Below, piece after piece: positions 1 through 9,782 of a DNA stretch of 51,852 bases. The notes beneath the pieces were generated by a model. It saw only the letters and a program-made list of their open reading frames with translations, was not told the DNA's origin and searched no databases. Within the stretch, counting starts at the first letter, position 1; each line of letters begins with the position of its first letter. This DNA comes from a bacterium (GTDB lineage: Bacteria; RBG-13-61-14; DATKZS01), in assembly GCA_046484135.1 (NCBI GenBank), contig JAWOBU010000232.1, positions 1 through 51,852 of the forward strand, read 5' to 3'. A program made the translations under genes and the position numbers.

Positions 1-8
1 TGACCCTG

Positions 9-704
9 ATGATGGACGGCAAAGCACTGGCTTTGAACGTGCCCGCCCGGGCCAGGTCCTTTACCCGCCATCAAAAGCGATGGCTGGCCGTAAGCACCGC
101 CGCACTGGCCGGGACCTTTGCTCTCGGCTTCTTTACCGACCTTCTTTACGGGGCGTTGCTTTTGGCGCTCGCGCTCATAAGCCTGGCCTACCCCGTCCGG
201 ATCGCACGGCTCAGGCAACTGCCGGTCCGGTCGCTTGCCGACGTTCCCGCCAGCAAGGACGTGTTCATGGCCGCGGGCTGGTCGTTCTTGATCGTGGTGT
301 TGCCGCTCCTGGCCGGTCCTGCGGAAGGGGTTTCCATTCCCGCGGCAGTGGCCGCTTTTTTCATGATAGGTGGGCTGGTGTTTGTAAGGGCCCTGCTGCG
401 GGATTTCCGGGACATCCAGGCAGACCGGATGATCGGCCGGGAGACCCTTCCCATCGCGCTCGGCACCGGCCGGACCCGCTGGATTCTCTATATGAGTCTT
501 ATAGGAGTTGCCGCGGTAATGGTGCTGGCCACCGCACTGGGAGGAACGCCCGCGCCGCGCGGATACGCGCTGCTCGTGCCGCTCGGCTATGCAGCGGCCT
601 GCGTGCCCCTGTTTACCAGGCAAACCATCGTACAAGGGTTCGGAGCCGAGTTCGTTATTGACGCCGCTTTCCTCATAGCCGGAGCCGCGGCCCTGGTGCC
701 GTGA
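9..704 (+). CDS. UbiA-family prenyltransferase-like membrane protein or domain; probably 5'-truncated by the window edge
   Basis: Many TM helices and the Asp-rich motif DFRDIQADRMIGRETLPI. The frame is open back to position 3, so the gene may start upstream and could be the C-terminal part of a larger fusion. Confidence 0.7.
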   Translation: MMDGKALALNVPARARSFTRHQKRWLAVSTAALAGTFALGFFTDLLYGALLLALALISLAYPVRIARLRQLPVRSLADVPASKDVFMAAGWSFLIVVLPLLAGPAEGVSIPAAVAAFFMIGGLVFVRALLRDFRDIQADRMIGRETLPIALGTGRTRWILYMSLIGVAAVMVLATALGGTPAPRGYALLVPLGYAAACVPLFTRQTIVQGFGAEFVIDAAFLIAGAAALVP

Positions 705-750
705 AAAGTGTTGAGGGACCGGGTACTGAAATTACAAAAAGGAGAAGGCA

Positions 751-1692
751 ATGAGATACATGGTTACGGGAGCGGCCGGGTTTATCGGCAGCCACCTTTG
801 CGAGAGGCTCATAAGGGACGGCCATTCCGTCCTGGCCATAGACTGCTTTACCGACTATTACGCGCGCGAGCTGAAGGAGTCGAACCTCCAGGGCTTCCGC
901 GGCCACTCTCTGTGCGAGTTCGTAGAAGCAGACCTTAACGAACTCAGCCTCCCAGACCTTTTCCGGGAGTGCGACGGGGTGTTTCACCTTTCCGCCCAGG
1001 CGGGGGTGCGGGCGAGCTGGGGCAAGAGCTTCGACCATTACCTCCATCACAACATCCGGGCCACCCAGCGGGTGCTGGAGGCCGCCCGGGAGGTCCCGGG
1101 CAAGCGCATAGTGTACGCCAGCTCGAGCTCGGTTTACGGGGACACTGACGAGCTTCCGGCACGCGAGAATTCGCTTGCCCGGCCGCGGTCGCCCTACGGC
1201 GTAACCAAGCTTTCCTGCGAGAGACTGGCCGACCTGTATCTTATGAACTACGGGGTGGACGCGGTGGGACTTCGCTACTTCACTGTGTACGGTCCGCGCC
1301 AGCGCCCGGACATGGCGTTCCACCGTTTCATCCGGTCGCTTCTTCTTGACGAGGAGATCGTGGTTTACGGGGACGGGAAGCAGACTCGCGATTTCACTTA
1401 TATCTCGGACATAGTGGAGGGCACGGTACGTTGCATGGAGCACGGGATTGCGGGCCGGTGCTATAATATCGGCGGGGGGCACCGGGTTGTGCTCCTGGAC
1501 GCGATTAACGCCCTGGCGGAGATGGCGGGCAAGACACCCCGCATCCGGCACGAAGAGAGCCAGAAAGGGGACGTGCGGGACACGCTGGCTGACACGTCCC
1601 TTTTACACAAAGAGGTCGGCTTTGCTCCGAAGACGCCTTTTGCGGACGGCCTTCGCGAGCAGGTGGAATGGGAGCGAAACTTGTATCTTTAA
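751..1692 (+). CDS. NAD-dependent nucleotide-sugar epimerase/dehydratase (UDP-glucuronate 4-epimerase-like extended SDR)
   Basis: TGAAGFIG Rossmann motif, ASSSSVYG, YGVTK (YxxxK), LRYFTVYGPRQRPDMA; SD AAGGAG upstream. Confidence 0.9.
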   Translation: MRYMVTGAAGFIGSHLCERLIRDGHSVLAIDCFTDYYARELKESNLQGFRGHSLCEFVEADLNELSLPDLFRECDGVFHLSAQAGVRASWGKSFDHYLHHNIRATQRVLEAAREVPGKRIVYASSSSVYGDTDELPARENSLARPRSPYGVTKLSCERLADLYLMNYGVDAVGLRYFTVYGPRQRPDMAFHRFIRSLLLDEEIVVYGDGKQTRDFTYISDIVEGTVRCMEHGIAGRCYNIGGGHRVVLLDAINALAEMAGKTPRIRHEESQKGDVRDTLADTSLLHKEVGFAPKTPFADGLREQVEWERNLYL

Positions 1693-1719
1693 CCCGCAGG
1701 CAGACCAAGGAGGGATATC

Positions 1720-2424
1720 ATGCAAGAGGTATCGCGCAGAACCGTTATGGGAATGGCCGGGCTTTCCGCAGCCATGCTGGGAGCGGGGGTTCCGGACTTT
1801 GTCGAGGCAGCTTCCGGGAAAGAGGGCTACACTCTGCCGGCGCTTCCTTACTCGCTGAACGACCTGGAACCCCACCTGGACCCCTTGACCCTGAAGCTCC
1901 ATCACGATAAGCACCACGCAGGTTACGTAAAAGGACTAAACAATACACTGGCCGCACTGGAGAAGGCCCGGCAGCAAGGCTCGCACGAGCACGTGCGCAA
2001 GCTACTTCGGGCTCTCTCCTTTCACGGCTCCGGGCACGTTCTACACACTGTTTATTTCAGCAGTCTCTCTCCCGAGCCGGAAAAGCCGAAAGGGGCGCTG
2101 GCGCGGGCGATCAAGGACCAGTACGGCGGAGTGGAGACGCTCGAGTCCGAGCTTCTTGCAGCCGCCCGCACCGTGGCCGGGAGCGGCTGGGCGGCGCTGG
2201 TTTACGAGCCGCTCGGCAGGAAGCTTCTGGTCCTTCAGATCGAAAAGCACGAGAACCAAGTTTTCATGGGGACCATACCCATTCTGGCAGTGGACGTCTG
2301 GGAACACGCTTATTACCTGAAGTACCAGAACCGGCGCGGCAAGTACTTGGAGGCTGTCAAGAAGCTGCTGGACTGGAAGGAAGCGGGAAAGAGGTTTGAC
2401 AAGGCCCGGGGCTATACTCCGTGA
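1720..2424 (+). CDS. sod: Fe/Mn superoxide dismutase with N-terminal twin-arginine (Tat) signal
   Basis: LHHDKHH, GSGW and DVWEHAYY motifs; N-terminus SRRTVMG followed by a hydrophobic stretch and VEA; SD AAGGAGG. Confidence 0.93.
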   Translation: MQEVSRRTVMGMAGLSAAMLGAGVPDFVEAASGKEGYTLPALPYSLNDLEPHLDPLTLKLHHDKHHAGYVKGLNNTLAALEKARQQGSHEHVRKLLRALSFHGSGHVLHTVYFSSLSPEPEKPKGALARAIKDQYGGVETLESELLAAARTVAGSGWAALVYEPLGRKLLVLQIEKHENQVFMGTIPILAVDVWEHAYYLKYQNRRGKYLEAVKKLLDWKEAGKRFDKARGYTP

Positions 2425-2494
2425 CAGCAGGATATTGAACACTGCGCATTCATAGTTATATTTAAAACTGTCCGTCGCGGATAAAAGGAGTGCC

Positions 2495-3439
2495 TTGAGT
2501 TCCATAGTAACCATAACCGTTAACCCTTCGGTGGACAAGAGCTCGAACGTGGGCCAGGTCCGGCCGGAGGTCAAGCTCCGTTGCGGGCCGCCGGTGTACG
2601 AGCCGGGCGGAGGCAGTGTTAACGTGTCGCGGGCGATAAAACGGCTGGGTGGCGACTCGCTCGCCATGTACACGTCCGGCGGTCATCCGGGCGGTCTTTT
2701 AGGCGAGCTGTTGGACCGGGAAGGTATCACGCGGCAGGCCTTCCCCGTAAGCGGCCTCACCCGCGACAACCTGATCGTTTACGAAGAGAGCTCGGGGCGG
2801 CAGTTCCGGTTCGGCATGCCGGGCCCGGAGCTTTCTGCGGAAGAATGCGACGCCATGCTTTCCGCGCTCTCTTCCCTAACGCCTCCTCCTTCCTATATCG
2901 TGGCCAGCGGCAGTCTTCCGCCGGGGGTATCAGACGACTTTTACGCGCGGGTGGCCCGTCTGGCCCGGGAGTCCGGCACGCGGACAGTAATAGACACCAG
3001 CGGGGGCCCCCTGCTTGCAGCTGCCGAGGAGGGAGTGTTTCTTTTGAAGCCCAACCTGCGGGAGCTGCGTGCTTTGTCCGGCGCTTCCGAGGAGGGCGAG
3101 TCTCATATTCGTTCCATGGCGAAAGAGGTTCTTTCGGGCGGCAAGACGCACGCGATAGTGGTGTCCGTGGGGTCGCAGGGTGCTTTCATGGTAAGTAAAG
3201 ACGGTTCTTCCCGCGTACGGGCCCCTACTGTGCCCATCCGGAGCAAGGTGGGAGCGGGCGACAGCATGGTAGGCGGGATCGTACTCAAGCTCTCCGAAGG
3301 ATGGGAGCTTGAAAGCGCTGTAAAGTACGGGGTGGCGGCGGGCTCGGCCGCGGTGATGACCCCCGGCACCGAGCTGTGTCGCAAAGAAGACACGGAAAGG
3401 ATATTCCGGGAGATGGAGTCCACTGCAGGCGGTCTTTGA
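2495..3439 (+). CDS. pfkB: PfkB/1-phosphofructokinase-family hexose kinase (6-phosphofructokinase II-like)
   Basis: TVNPSVD, GGGSVNVSR, SGSLPPG, KPNLREL and VGAGDS motifs; TTG start with AAGGAG SD. Confidence 0.85.
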   Translation: MSSIVTITVNPSVDKSSNVGQVRPEVKLRCGPPVYEPGGGSVNVSRAIKRLGGDSLAMYTSGGHPGGLLGELLDREGITRQAFPVSGLTRDNLIVYEESSGRQFRFGMPGPELSAEECDAMLSALSSLTPPPSYIVASGSLPPGVSDDFYARVARLARESGTRTVIDTSGGPLLAAAEEGVFLLKPNLRELRALSGASEEGESHIRSMAKEVLSGGKTHAIVVSVGSQGAFMVSKDGSSRVRAPTVPIRSKVGAGDSMVGGIVLKLSEGWELESAVKYGVAAGSAAVMTPGTELCRKEDTERIFREMESTAGGL

Positions 3440-3453
3440 GCAAGGAGGAAAGG

Positions 3454-4677
3454 ATGGAAGAGGGGGCTTTCCGGCTTATCACGGTAGAGGACTACGAGGA
3501 GTACGTGGGCGCCCAGACAGTGGAGCGTCTTCTGGAAAAGGCCCGGCCGCTTCAGGGCCTTCACGTGGCCAATGTCAACTCGACCTATTACGGCGGCGGA
3601 GTTGCCGCGCTGCTTGCTTCCATGGCCCTTCTCATGAACAGCCTGGGCATCCGGACCGGCTGGCGGGTGTTGCAGGGCACGCCCGACTTCTTTTCGATCA
3701 CCAAGAAGATGCACAACGCACTGCAGGGAGACACGGTAAACCTGAGCAGGAGAAAGCAGGAGATTTACGAAAAGGTGGTGTTCGAGAACTCGGTCCGGAA
3801 CCACCTTGACCACGACCTGGTCATCATCCACGACCCGCAGCCGCTTCCCATGATCTGTCATTACAAGAAGAAGGGACCGTGGGTGTGGCGCCTCCATGTG
3901 GACCTTACCGCGCCCAACCCGGCGCTCTGGCAGTATCTCCGGAAGTTCATCGAAAGGTATGACGCGGTGATCGTGAGCCTTGACGAGTACAAGCAGAAGC
4001 TTGCAACTCCACAGGTGTCCTTTATGCCGGCCATTGACCCTTTTACCACCCAGAACATGGAGCTGGACGAAGAAGAAGTGGAGGAGAGGCTCCGTCATTA
4101 TAATATCCCCACCGACCTTCCGCTGGTGGTCCAGGTTTCCCGGTTCGACGTGTGGAAGGACCCGGAAGGAGTGATATGCGCTTTCAAGGAGGCCCGCAAA
4201 CAGGTGGACGCGACCCTGGTGCTTCTCGGCAACGTGGCCACCGACGACCCGGAAGGGCCCATGATCTACCAGAAGGTGCTGAGCCACGAGGAGGAGAGGA
4301 TCAAAATTTTGAGCGTTCAGGACAGCGCCCTGGTGAACGCCCTGCAGAAGCGCGCCGCAGTGGTTTTCCAGAAGTCGTTGCGGGAGGGCTTTGGCCTTAC
4401 GGTTGCCGAGGCCATGTGGAAGACTACGCCGGTTATCGGGGGTAACGTGGGGGGCATCCGCTACCAGATCGAGGACGGGGTCAACGGTTTTCTGGTGTCT
4501 TCGGTGGAGGAGGCCGCGGACCGCCTGGTCCGGCTTCTGAAAGACCGGAAGCTCCGGGAGGACATGGGAGTAAAAGCGCGGGAGACGGTGAGGGAAAAGT
4601 TCCTCTTGACCCGATACCTGGAGCAATACCTGGACATGATGAACTCCTTTGAAACGGTGTACAAGCTGCATATGTGA
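3454..4677 (+). CDS. treT: GT4 glycosyltransferase, trehalose synthase TreT-like
   Basis: NSTYYGGGVA, TKKMHNALQG, HDPQP, QVSRFDVWKDP and EGFGLTVAEAMWK motifs. Start moved to ATG 3454, which follows the SD AAGGAGG. Confidence 0.85.
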   Translation: MEEGAFRLITVEDYEEYVGAQTVERLLEKARPLQGLHVANVNSTYYGGGVAALLASMALLMNSLGIRTGWRVLQGTPDFFSITKKMHNALQGDTVNLSRRKQEIYEKVVFENSVRNHLDHDLVIIHDPQPLPMICHYKKKGPWVWRLHVDLTAPNPALWQYLRKFIERYDAVIVSLDEYKQKLATPQVSFMPAIDPFTTQNMELDEEEVEERLRHYNIPTDLPLVVQVSRFDVWKDPEGVICAFKEARKQVDATLVLLGNVATDDPEGPMIYQKVLSHEEERIKILSVQDSALVNALQKRAAVVFQKSLREGFGLTVAEAMWKTTPVIGGNVGGIRYQIEDGVNGFLVSSVEEAADRLVRLLKDRKLREDMGVKARETVREKFLLTRYLEQYLDMMNSFETVYKLHM

Positions 4678-4716
4678 ACCGGCTTGATCGCGCATCAAGG
4701 GGTCTTCGATATAAAA

Positions 4717-4756
4717 CGGGCGAGAGAGTCTATTCGCGACTTAAGTCGCTCGCACG
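4717..4756 (+). repeat. 40-bp nested palindromic REP-like element, copy 1
   Basis: CGGGCGA-N12-GCGACTTAAGTCGC-TCGCACG; same layout as 42771-42810. Confidence 0.7.
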
Positions 4757-4826
4757 CGATGATGATTTTTTACACGTTATTTTTTATCGGTAGTTCACCG
4801 CGAACCGGCGAAAGACAGATACGGCC

Positions 4827-7004
4827 ATGACAGAGAAGAGCTCGAAAGACCGGGTTAAAGAGACCGCAAGCGGAGAAGAGATACTGGTTCCGGGCAGGAA
4901 CTGCTGGCGCAAGGTCTCTGCGAGCCGGATGGCTTTCCTGGTGGACGCGGCTTCTTACTACGAGGCGTTCGCCAAGGCCGCGGAGCGGGCCCGCCACTCG
5001 ATTATCATCGTGGGCTGGGACATTGACAGCCGGACCCGGCTTCGGCGTGACAGCGAGAGCGAGCTTCCTTCCGAGCTGGGCGGCTTTCTTAATCACCTGG
5101 TTTCCGAAAACCCCTCCCTGCAGGTGCACATCCTGATCTGGGACTACTCCATGTTTTACGCCAACGAGCGGGAGCCATTGCTTTCCTTGAAATTCGGCTG
5201 GATGACCGGGCCCCGCATTCAGTTCCAACTGGACGGCATCCACCCGGTGGGAGCGTCCCACCACCAGAAGATAGTGGTGATTGACGACACGGTTGCCTTT
5301 GTGGGCGGGCTGGACCTTACCACCCACAGGTGGGACACCAGCGAGCACCTGCCGGAAGACCCAAGACGTATAACGCCGGGCGAGGAAACCTATGGCCCCT
5401 ATCACGACGTGCAGGTGGCGCTCGAGGGGGAAGCCGCGGCCGGTCTGGCCGAGCTGGTCCGGGACAGGTGGAAAAGGGCCACCGGCAAAAGGGTCGAGCA
5501 TCCTCCGCTCACCAATGTTGATCCGTGGCCCGAAGACCTTGCGCCGGACCTGACCGACGTAAAAGCGGGCATAGTCCGCACCGACCCGGCCGGCCCGGAC
5601 GGCGAGATACTCGAGGTCGAGAACCTTTACCTGGACCTCATTCATAAGGCCCGCCAATACATCTACATGGAGAACCAGTTCCTGACTTCCGCTGCTTTGG
5701 GAGACGCGCTCGCGGCCCGGCTGCAGGAGGAGTCGGGTCCGGAGATCATCCTGGTCATGCCGGGGTACCTTCCCGGCTGGGTGGAGGACAAGACCATGGG
5801 TCTTATGCGAAGCCGGCTGATCTGGCTTCTTAAGCAGAACGACCATCACGGCCGGCTCCGGGTGCTCTATCCTACTGCAGAGGGAAAAGACCCGCCCCAG
5901 ATTTTCGTGCACGCCAAGGTGGCAATTGTGGATGACGTGCTGGCCCGGGTGGGCTCGGCCAATCTAAGCAACCGGTCCATGGGGCTGGACACCGAATGTG
6001 ACGTGGCGGTCGAGGCTGACGGACAGGACAGGGTTATAGAAGGGATGCGCGGATTTCTGTCCCGGCTTTTGGGCGAGCACCTGGGAGTCGAGGCTGATAA
6101 AGTAGATGAAGCCAGGAAAAAGGAAGGCTCGCTGGTCAAAGTTATAGACAAGCTCAGCGGGCCGGGCCGGTCTCTGCACTCCATGGTCGAAGACGTACCG
6201 GAATGGATCGCGGGCCTGCTTCCGGAGAGCACCTTTTTCGACCCCGAAAAAACCATAGTGCCCCGGATGCCGGTGGAAACACTGCTTCCCGAGCAGTACC
6301 GCTACCCGAGCAAGAAGAAGCGGGTGGCATACCTCCTGCTTATCGGCTTTATAATCGCCGGGTTGTTCCTGGCCTGGGAGTTCACCCCTTTGAAGGATTA
6401 CGCCAGCCCCGAAGCCATAGCCGAGCTGACCGCGCCGGTCGAGGAGTCGCCTTTTGCGCCGCTTATCATCATCGCCGCTTATATCGTGGGCGGCGCTCTC
6501 ATGTTCCCGGTTACCGTGCTCATCCTGGCCACTGCCATGATGTTCGGTCCGTTGGAAGGGTTTATTTACGCCATGGTCGGATCGCTTATCAGCTCCGTCA
6601 TCTACTTCCGGGCGGGGGAACTCCTGGGCAAGGACCTGGTATGGAAGCTGGCTGGAGCGCGCATCAACCAGGTGAGCCGGAGGATAGCCAACCGGGGGGT
6701 GATGGCGGTGGCCCTGTTGCGGCTGGTGCCGGTGGCTCCTTTTACCGTGATCAACCTTGCCGCGGGAGTCTCTCATATCCGTTTCCGGCACTACCTCCTG
6801 GGGACCGCCCTGGGGATGTCTCCCGGCATCGTGGCCATCACCGTGTTCGGGGACCGGCTTGCCCGGACCCTGCAAGACCCCACTCCTTCCAACCTGGGAG
6901 TACTGGCCGGCGTGCTGGCCGTTATCATCCTGGCCTTCATTGCAGGCAGGCTCTTTATCAAGCGCAGACTGGAAAGAAGACGCAGGCGGAAACTTGAGCT
7001 CTAA
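4827..7004 (+). CDS. Phospholipase D-family (two HKD motifs) protein fused to a C-terminal VTT/DedA (SNARE-associated) membrane domain
   Basis: HQKIVVIDD and HAKVAIVDD..GSAN motifs; C-terminal LRLVPVAPFTVINLAAG DedA signature. Confidence 0.9.
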   Translation: MTEKSSKDRVKETASGEEILVPGRNCWRKVSASRMAFLVDAASYYEAFAKAAERARHSIIIVGWDIDSRTRLRRDSESELPSELGGFLNHLVSENPSLQVHILIWDYSMFYANEREPLLSLKFGWMTGPRIQFQLDGIHPVGASHHQKIVVIDDTVAFVGGLDLTTHRWDTSEHLPEDPRRITPGEETYGPYHDVQVALEGEAAAGLAELVRDRWKRATGKRVEHPPLTNVDPWPEDLAPDLTDVKAGIVRTDPAGPDGEILEVENLYLDLIHKARQYIYMENQFLTSAALGDALAARLQEESGPEIILVMPGYLPGWVEDKTMGLMRSRLIWLLKQNDHHGRLRVLYPTAEGKDPPQIFVHAKVAIVDDVLARVGSANLSNRSMGLDTECDVAVEADGQDRVIEGMRGFLSRLLGEHLGVEADKVDEARKKEGSLVKVIDKLSGPGRSLHSMVEDVPEWIAGLLPESTFFDPEKTIVPRMPVETLLPEQYRYPSKKKRVAYLLLIGFIIAGLFLAWEFTPLKDYASPEAIAELTAPVEESPFAPLIIIAAYIVGGALMFPVTVLILATAMMFGPLEGFIYAMVGSLISSVIYFRAGELLGKDLVWKLAGARINQVSRRIANRGVMAVALLRLVPVAPFTVINLAAGVSHIRFRHYLLGTALGMSPGIVAITVFGDRLARTLQDPTPSNLGVLAGVLAVIILAFIAGRLFIKRRLERRRRRKLEL

Positions 7005-7752
7005 GCTGATACATAAACTGACAGGCGAGAAAAAGGAACAACCCGCTGCCAGGACGGTCCGGCTTTCGCTCGCCTCTTACAACATCCGCCGTACTTTCGG
7101 CAGGGACAAGAAGTACTCGCCCGAGCGCATCGCGCGGGTCCTCTGCGAGCTCGATGCCGAGGTCATCGGCCTCCAGGAGGTTGACTCCCGTCTTTTCTCG
7201 GAAAGCGGCCTGGACCAGCTTTCCTACCTGGCGGAGGAAGCAGGCTATTGGAGCATAGCCGGTCCCACCGTGTACAATGAAAACAGCAATTACGGAAACG
7301 CCCTGTTGACCCGGTTGCCCGTGCTGTCCATTCAAAGGATAGACCTCTCCGTTGCAGGGCGCGAGCCTCGCGGAGCAGTGTATGCAGAGCTCGAAAAAGA
7401 CGGCTGGCCGATAAGCTTGATCACCACCCACCTCGGCCTGAAACGTAAAGAGAGGCTTTACCAGGTCAAGCGTCTGCTCGAGCTTATTGACGTCAAACAG
7501 AGGATGGTGCTGATGGGCGACTTTAACGAGTGGAAGGTAAAGAGCCTTCCCACCCGCCTTCTGGAGGACCGCTTCGGCAAGGAGGTCAGGATGCGCACGT
7601 ATCCTACCTGGTTGCCACTGTTTCGCCTGGACTGGATATGGGTGGTCCCCCGCCAGGCCATCCGGGAAGTAAAAACACACTCGAGCCCCGAAGCCAGGAT
7701 AGCCTCCGACCACCTGCCGGTCCGCGCGAACGTGGAATGGGCGATCAAGTGA
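6994..7752 (+). CDS. Endonuclease/exonuclease/phosphatase (EEP) family protein, YbhP-like
   Basis: SYNI, LQEVD, TTHLG, MGDFNEW, LDWIW and SDHLP motifs. Start uncertain; the in-frame TTG at 6994 overlaps the upstream stop. Confidence 0.85.
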   Translation: MSSKLIHKLTGEKKEQPAARTVRLSLASYNIRRTFGRDKKYSPERIARVLCELDAEVIGLQEVDSRLFSESGLDQLSYLAEEAGYWSIAGPTVYNENSNYGNALLTRLPVLSIQRIDLSVAGREPRGAVYAELEKDGWPISLITTHLGLKRKERLYQVKRLLELIDVKQRMVLMGDFNEWKVKSLPTRLLEDRFGKEVRMRTYPTWLPLFRLDWIWVVPRQAIREVKTHSSPEARIASDHLPVRANVEWAIK

Positions 7753-7891
7753 AGTAATACCAAAAGCGGCTCCTGATGAAAATCTGTGGGTAAAACAGAC
7801 TTCTCAGTAACCGATTATCTTGACAATATGAGCTTTCAACAAGTCGGGGGGCCAATCCCCCCACCCCCTGGGATTTTGGAGGCATGGCTCC

Positions 7892-7933
7892 GGTGGCTCC
7901 TGGTGATATAAAGGCCGGGAGCCGCCTCTTTTA
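7892..7933 (+). terminator. Probable intrinsic terminator
   Basis: GGTGGCTCCTGGT pairs with GCCGGGAGCCGCC (13 bp including G-U pairs that work only on the + strand), followed by TCTTTT. Confidence 0.55.
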
Positions 7934-8381
7934 CTGCTATGGGCCACTGGAGTAATGCCTGAAAAAATCCAAGGATGCAGGGAGGGAACAGCTTGTATTC
8001 CACCCACAGATTCTTGCGAGCCCGCCGAAGATCATGGGAGAATCCGTTTCGTTTGGCAATGTCCATGAAGAAGGCCGGATTGTTTGATGACGGAGGGGCG
8101 CGGCAAACATCTTTTACAATGTACCTGCAGACCCACTTCGTGAGTCCGTCCACACAACAAGTTGTGTGATGGGCCATCTGGTGGCCGAGTGGTGTACTCC
8201 ATTTGAAAGGAAGAGTTATCTGTGCCCGATTGAAAACTTAAGACAAACGTCCTGCTTGCCGGAGACGCTTATGGAGGGACCAGCCATAAAAAATGGGGGA
8301 AGTTCACCTTCAATTTTGTCTTGCTCCTTACTCTCCTTTTTATTATTATTGTAATCTGTTGCTCGAACTCTGGAGGATAGG

Positions 8382-9692
8382 ATGATTCCCAGGTACTCAA
8401 GACAGGAGATGTCCTCGATTTGGGAGGACCGTGCCAGGTTTGATATCTGGCTCGATATCGAAGTGCTGGCGGTGGAAGGCTGGGCCAAGGCGGGCAAGGT
8501 CCCGAAAGAGGACGCCGAGGTTGTCCGTAACAAGGCGGGCTATGATCTCGAGCGGGTTTACGAGATCGAAGAGACGACCCGCCACGACGTGGTCGCTTTT
8601 ACCCAGGCCATGGCCGAGAAGATCAACCACCCGGCCTCGAGGTGGGTCCACTTCGGGCTGACCAGCTCCGATGTGCTTGACACCTGTTTGTCGGTCCAGC
8701 TCGTGCGCGCCGCAGACCTTCTCATCCGGGACGTAAAGGACATGATGGAAGTCCTTGAGAGAAAGGCGGACGAGCACCGCCGGACAGTCATGATCGGCAG
8801 GAGCCACGGCATCCACGCCGAGCCGGTTACTTTCGGGCTGGTGATGGCTCTCTGGTACGACGAGATGGGGCGACACCTGGACCGCTTACAGCATGCCCGC
8901 GACACGGTGCGGGTAGGCCAGGTGTCGGGCGCGGTCGGGACCTATGCCCATCTCGATCCCCGGGTGGAGAAGTACGTGATGAAGAACCTGAAGCTGAAGG
9001 CCCCCAACATCACCACCCAGGTGATCCAGCGCGACCGGCACGCCGAGTTCTTCTCGACGCTCGCGCAAGTGGCCGGCTCGATCGAGAAGTTCGCGCTCCA
9101 GGTCCGGCACTGGCAGCGGACCGAGGTGCTGGAGGCGGAGGAGTTTTTTCACAAGGGACAGAAGGGCTCGTCAGCCATGCCGCACAAGCGGAACCCGGTG
9201 CTTTCCGAGAACGTGACCGGGCTCGCGCGGGTGGTCCGCTCCGCGGTGCTGCCGGCTCTCGAGAACGTGGCGCTCTGGCACGAGCGGGACATAAGCCACA
9301 GCTCGGCCGAGCGGGTGATCGCGCCGGACGCGACCATTGCGCTCGATTTCATGCTGGCCCGCTTTAGCCGGGTTATTGACAAGCTCATCGTGTATCCGGA
9401 CCGGATGCAGAAGAACCTGGAGATGACGCGCGGTCTCATTTACTCGGAGGCCGTACTTTTAAAGCTGGTCGAGTCGGGCCTGACAAGGGAGGAGGCCTAT
9501 GCGCTGGTGCAGAGGAACGCCATGAAGGTGTGGGAAAAAGGAGATAAAGGCTTTCTTGATTATCTTCTCGAGGACGCTGAGCTTTTGGATCGTCTTGGTG
9601 AGGCGTCTCTCAAAGAGTGTTTCAGCCACCAGGACCTTTTCGAGAAGGTTGATTATATTTTTGAGCGGGTGTTTCCGTCCCGCAAGAAGTGA
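8382..9692 (+). CDS. purB: Adenylosuccinate lyase
   Basis: MIPRYS start, HFGLTSSD, GRSHGIHAEP and GSSAMPHKRNP signature; SD GGAGG. Confidence 0.97.
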   Translation: MIPRYSRQEMSSIWEDRARFDIWLDIEVLAVEGWAKAGKVPKEDAEVVRNKAGYDLERVYEIEETTRHDVVAFTQAMAEKINHPASRWVHFGLTSSDVLDTCLSVQLVRAADLLIRDVKDMMEVLERKADEHRRTVMIGRSHGIHAEPVTFGLVMALWYDEMGRHLDRLQHARDTVRVGQVSGAVGTYAHLDPRVEKYVMKNLKLKAPNITTQVIQRDRHAEFFSTLAQVAGSIEKFALQVRHWQRTEVLEAEEFFHKGQKGSSAMPHKRNPVLSENVTGLARVVRSAVLPALENVALWHERDISHSSAERVIAPDATIALDFMLARFSRVIDKLIVYPDRMQKNLEMTRGLIYSEAVLLKLVESGLTREEAYALVQRNAMKVWEKGDKGFLDYLLEDAELLDRLGEASLKECFSHQDLFEKVDYIFERVFPSRKK

Positions 9693-9782
9693 AAGAGCGG
9701 CGGCCGCCGCACGGTCTGGTAATATCTGGAGCCGCGTGTTCTTTTTCGGCTTTTCGACCTATTAACATGTAAGGAGGATAAG

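Noticed and set aside
8280..8381. Possible PRPP/ykkC or purine riboswitch before purB (GGAGGATAGG resembles the ykkC 3' end)
   Set aside because: The upstream core (CTAGGGTTCC..CCGAGCG..AAAAGCCCGG) is absent; the match is simply the SD sequence.
9697..9710. Perfect palindrome GCGGCGGCCGCCGC after purB
   Set aside because: All G/C with no loop or U-tract; plausible by chance at this GC content.
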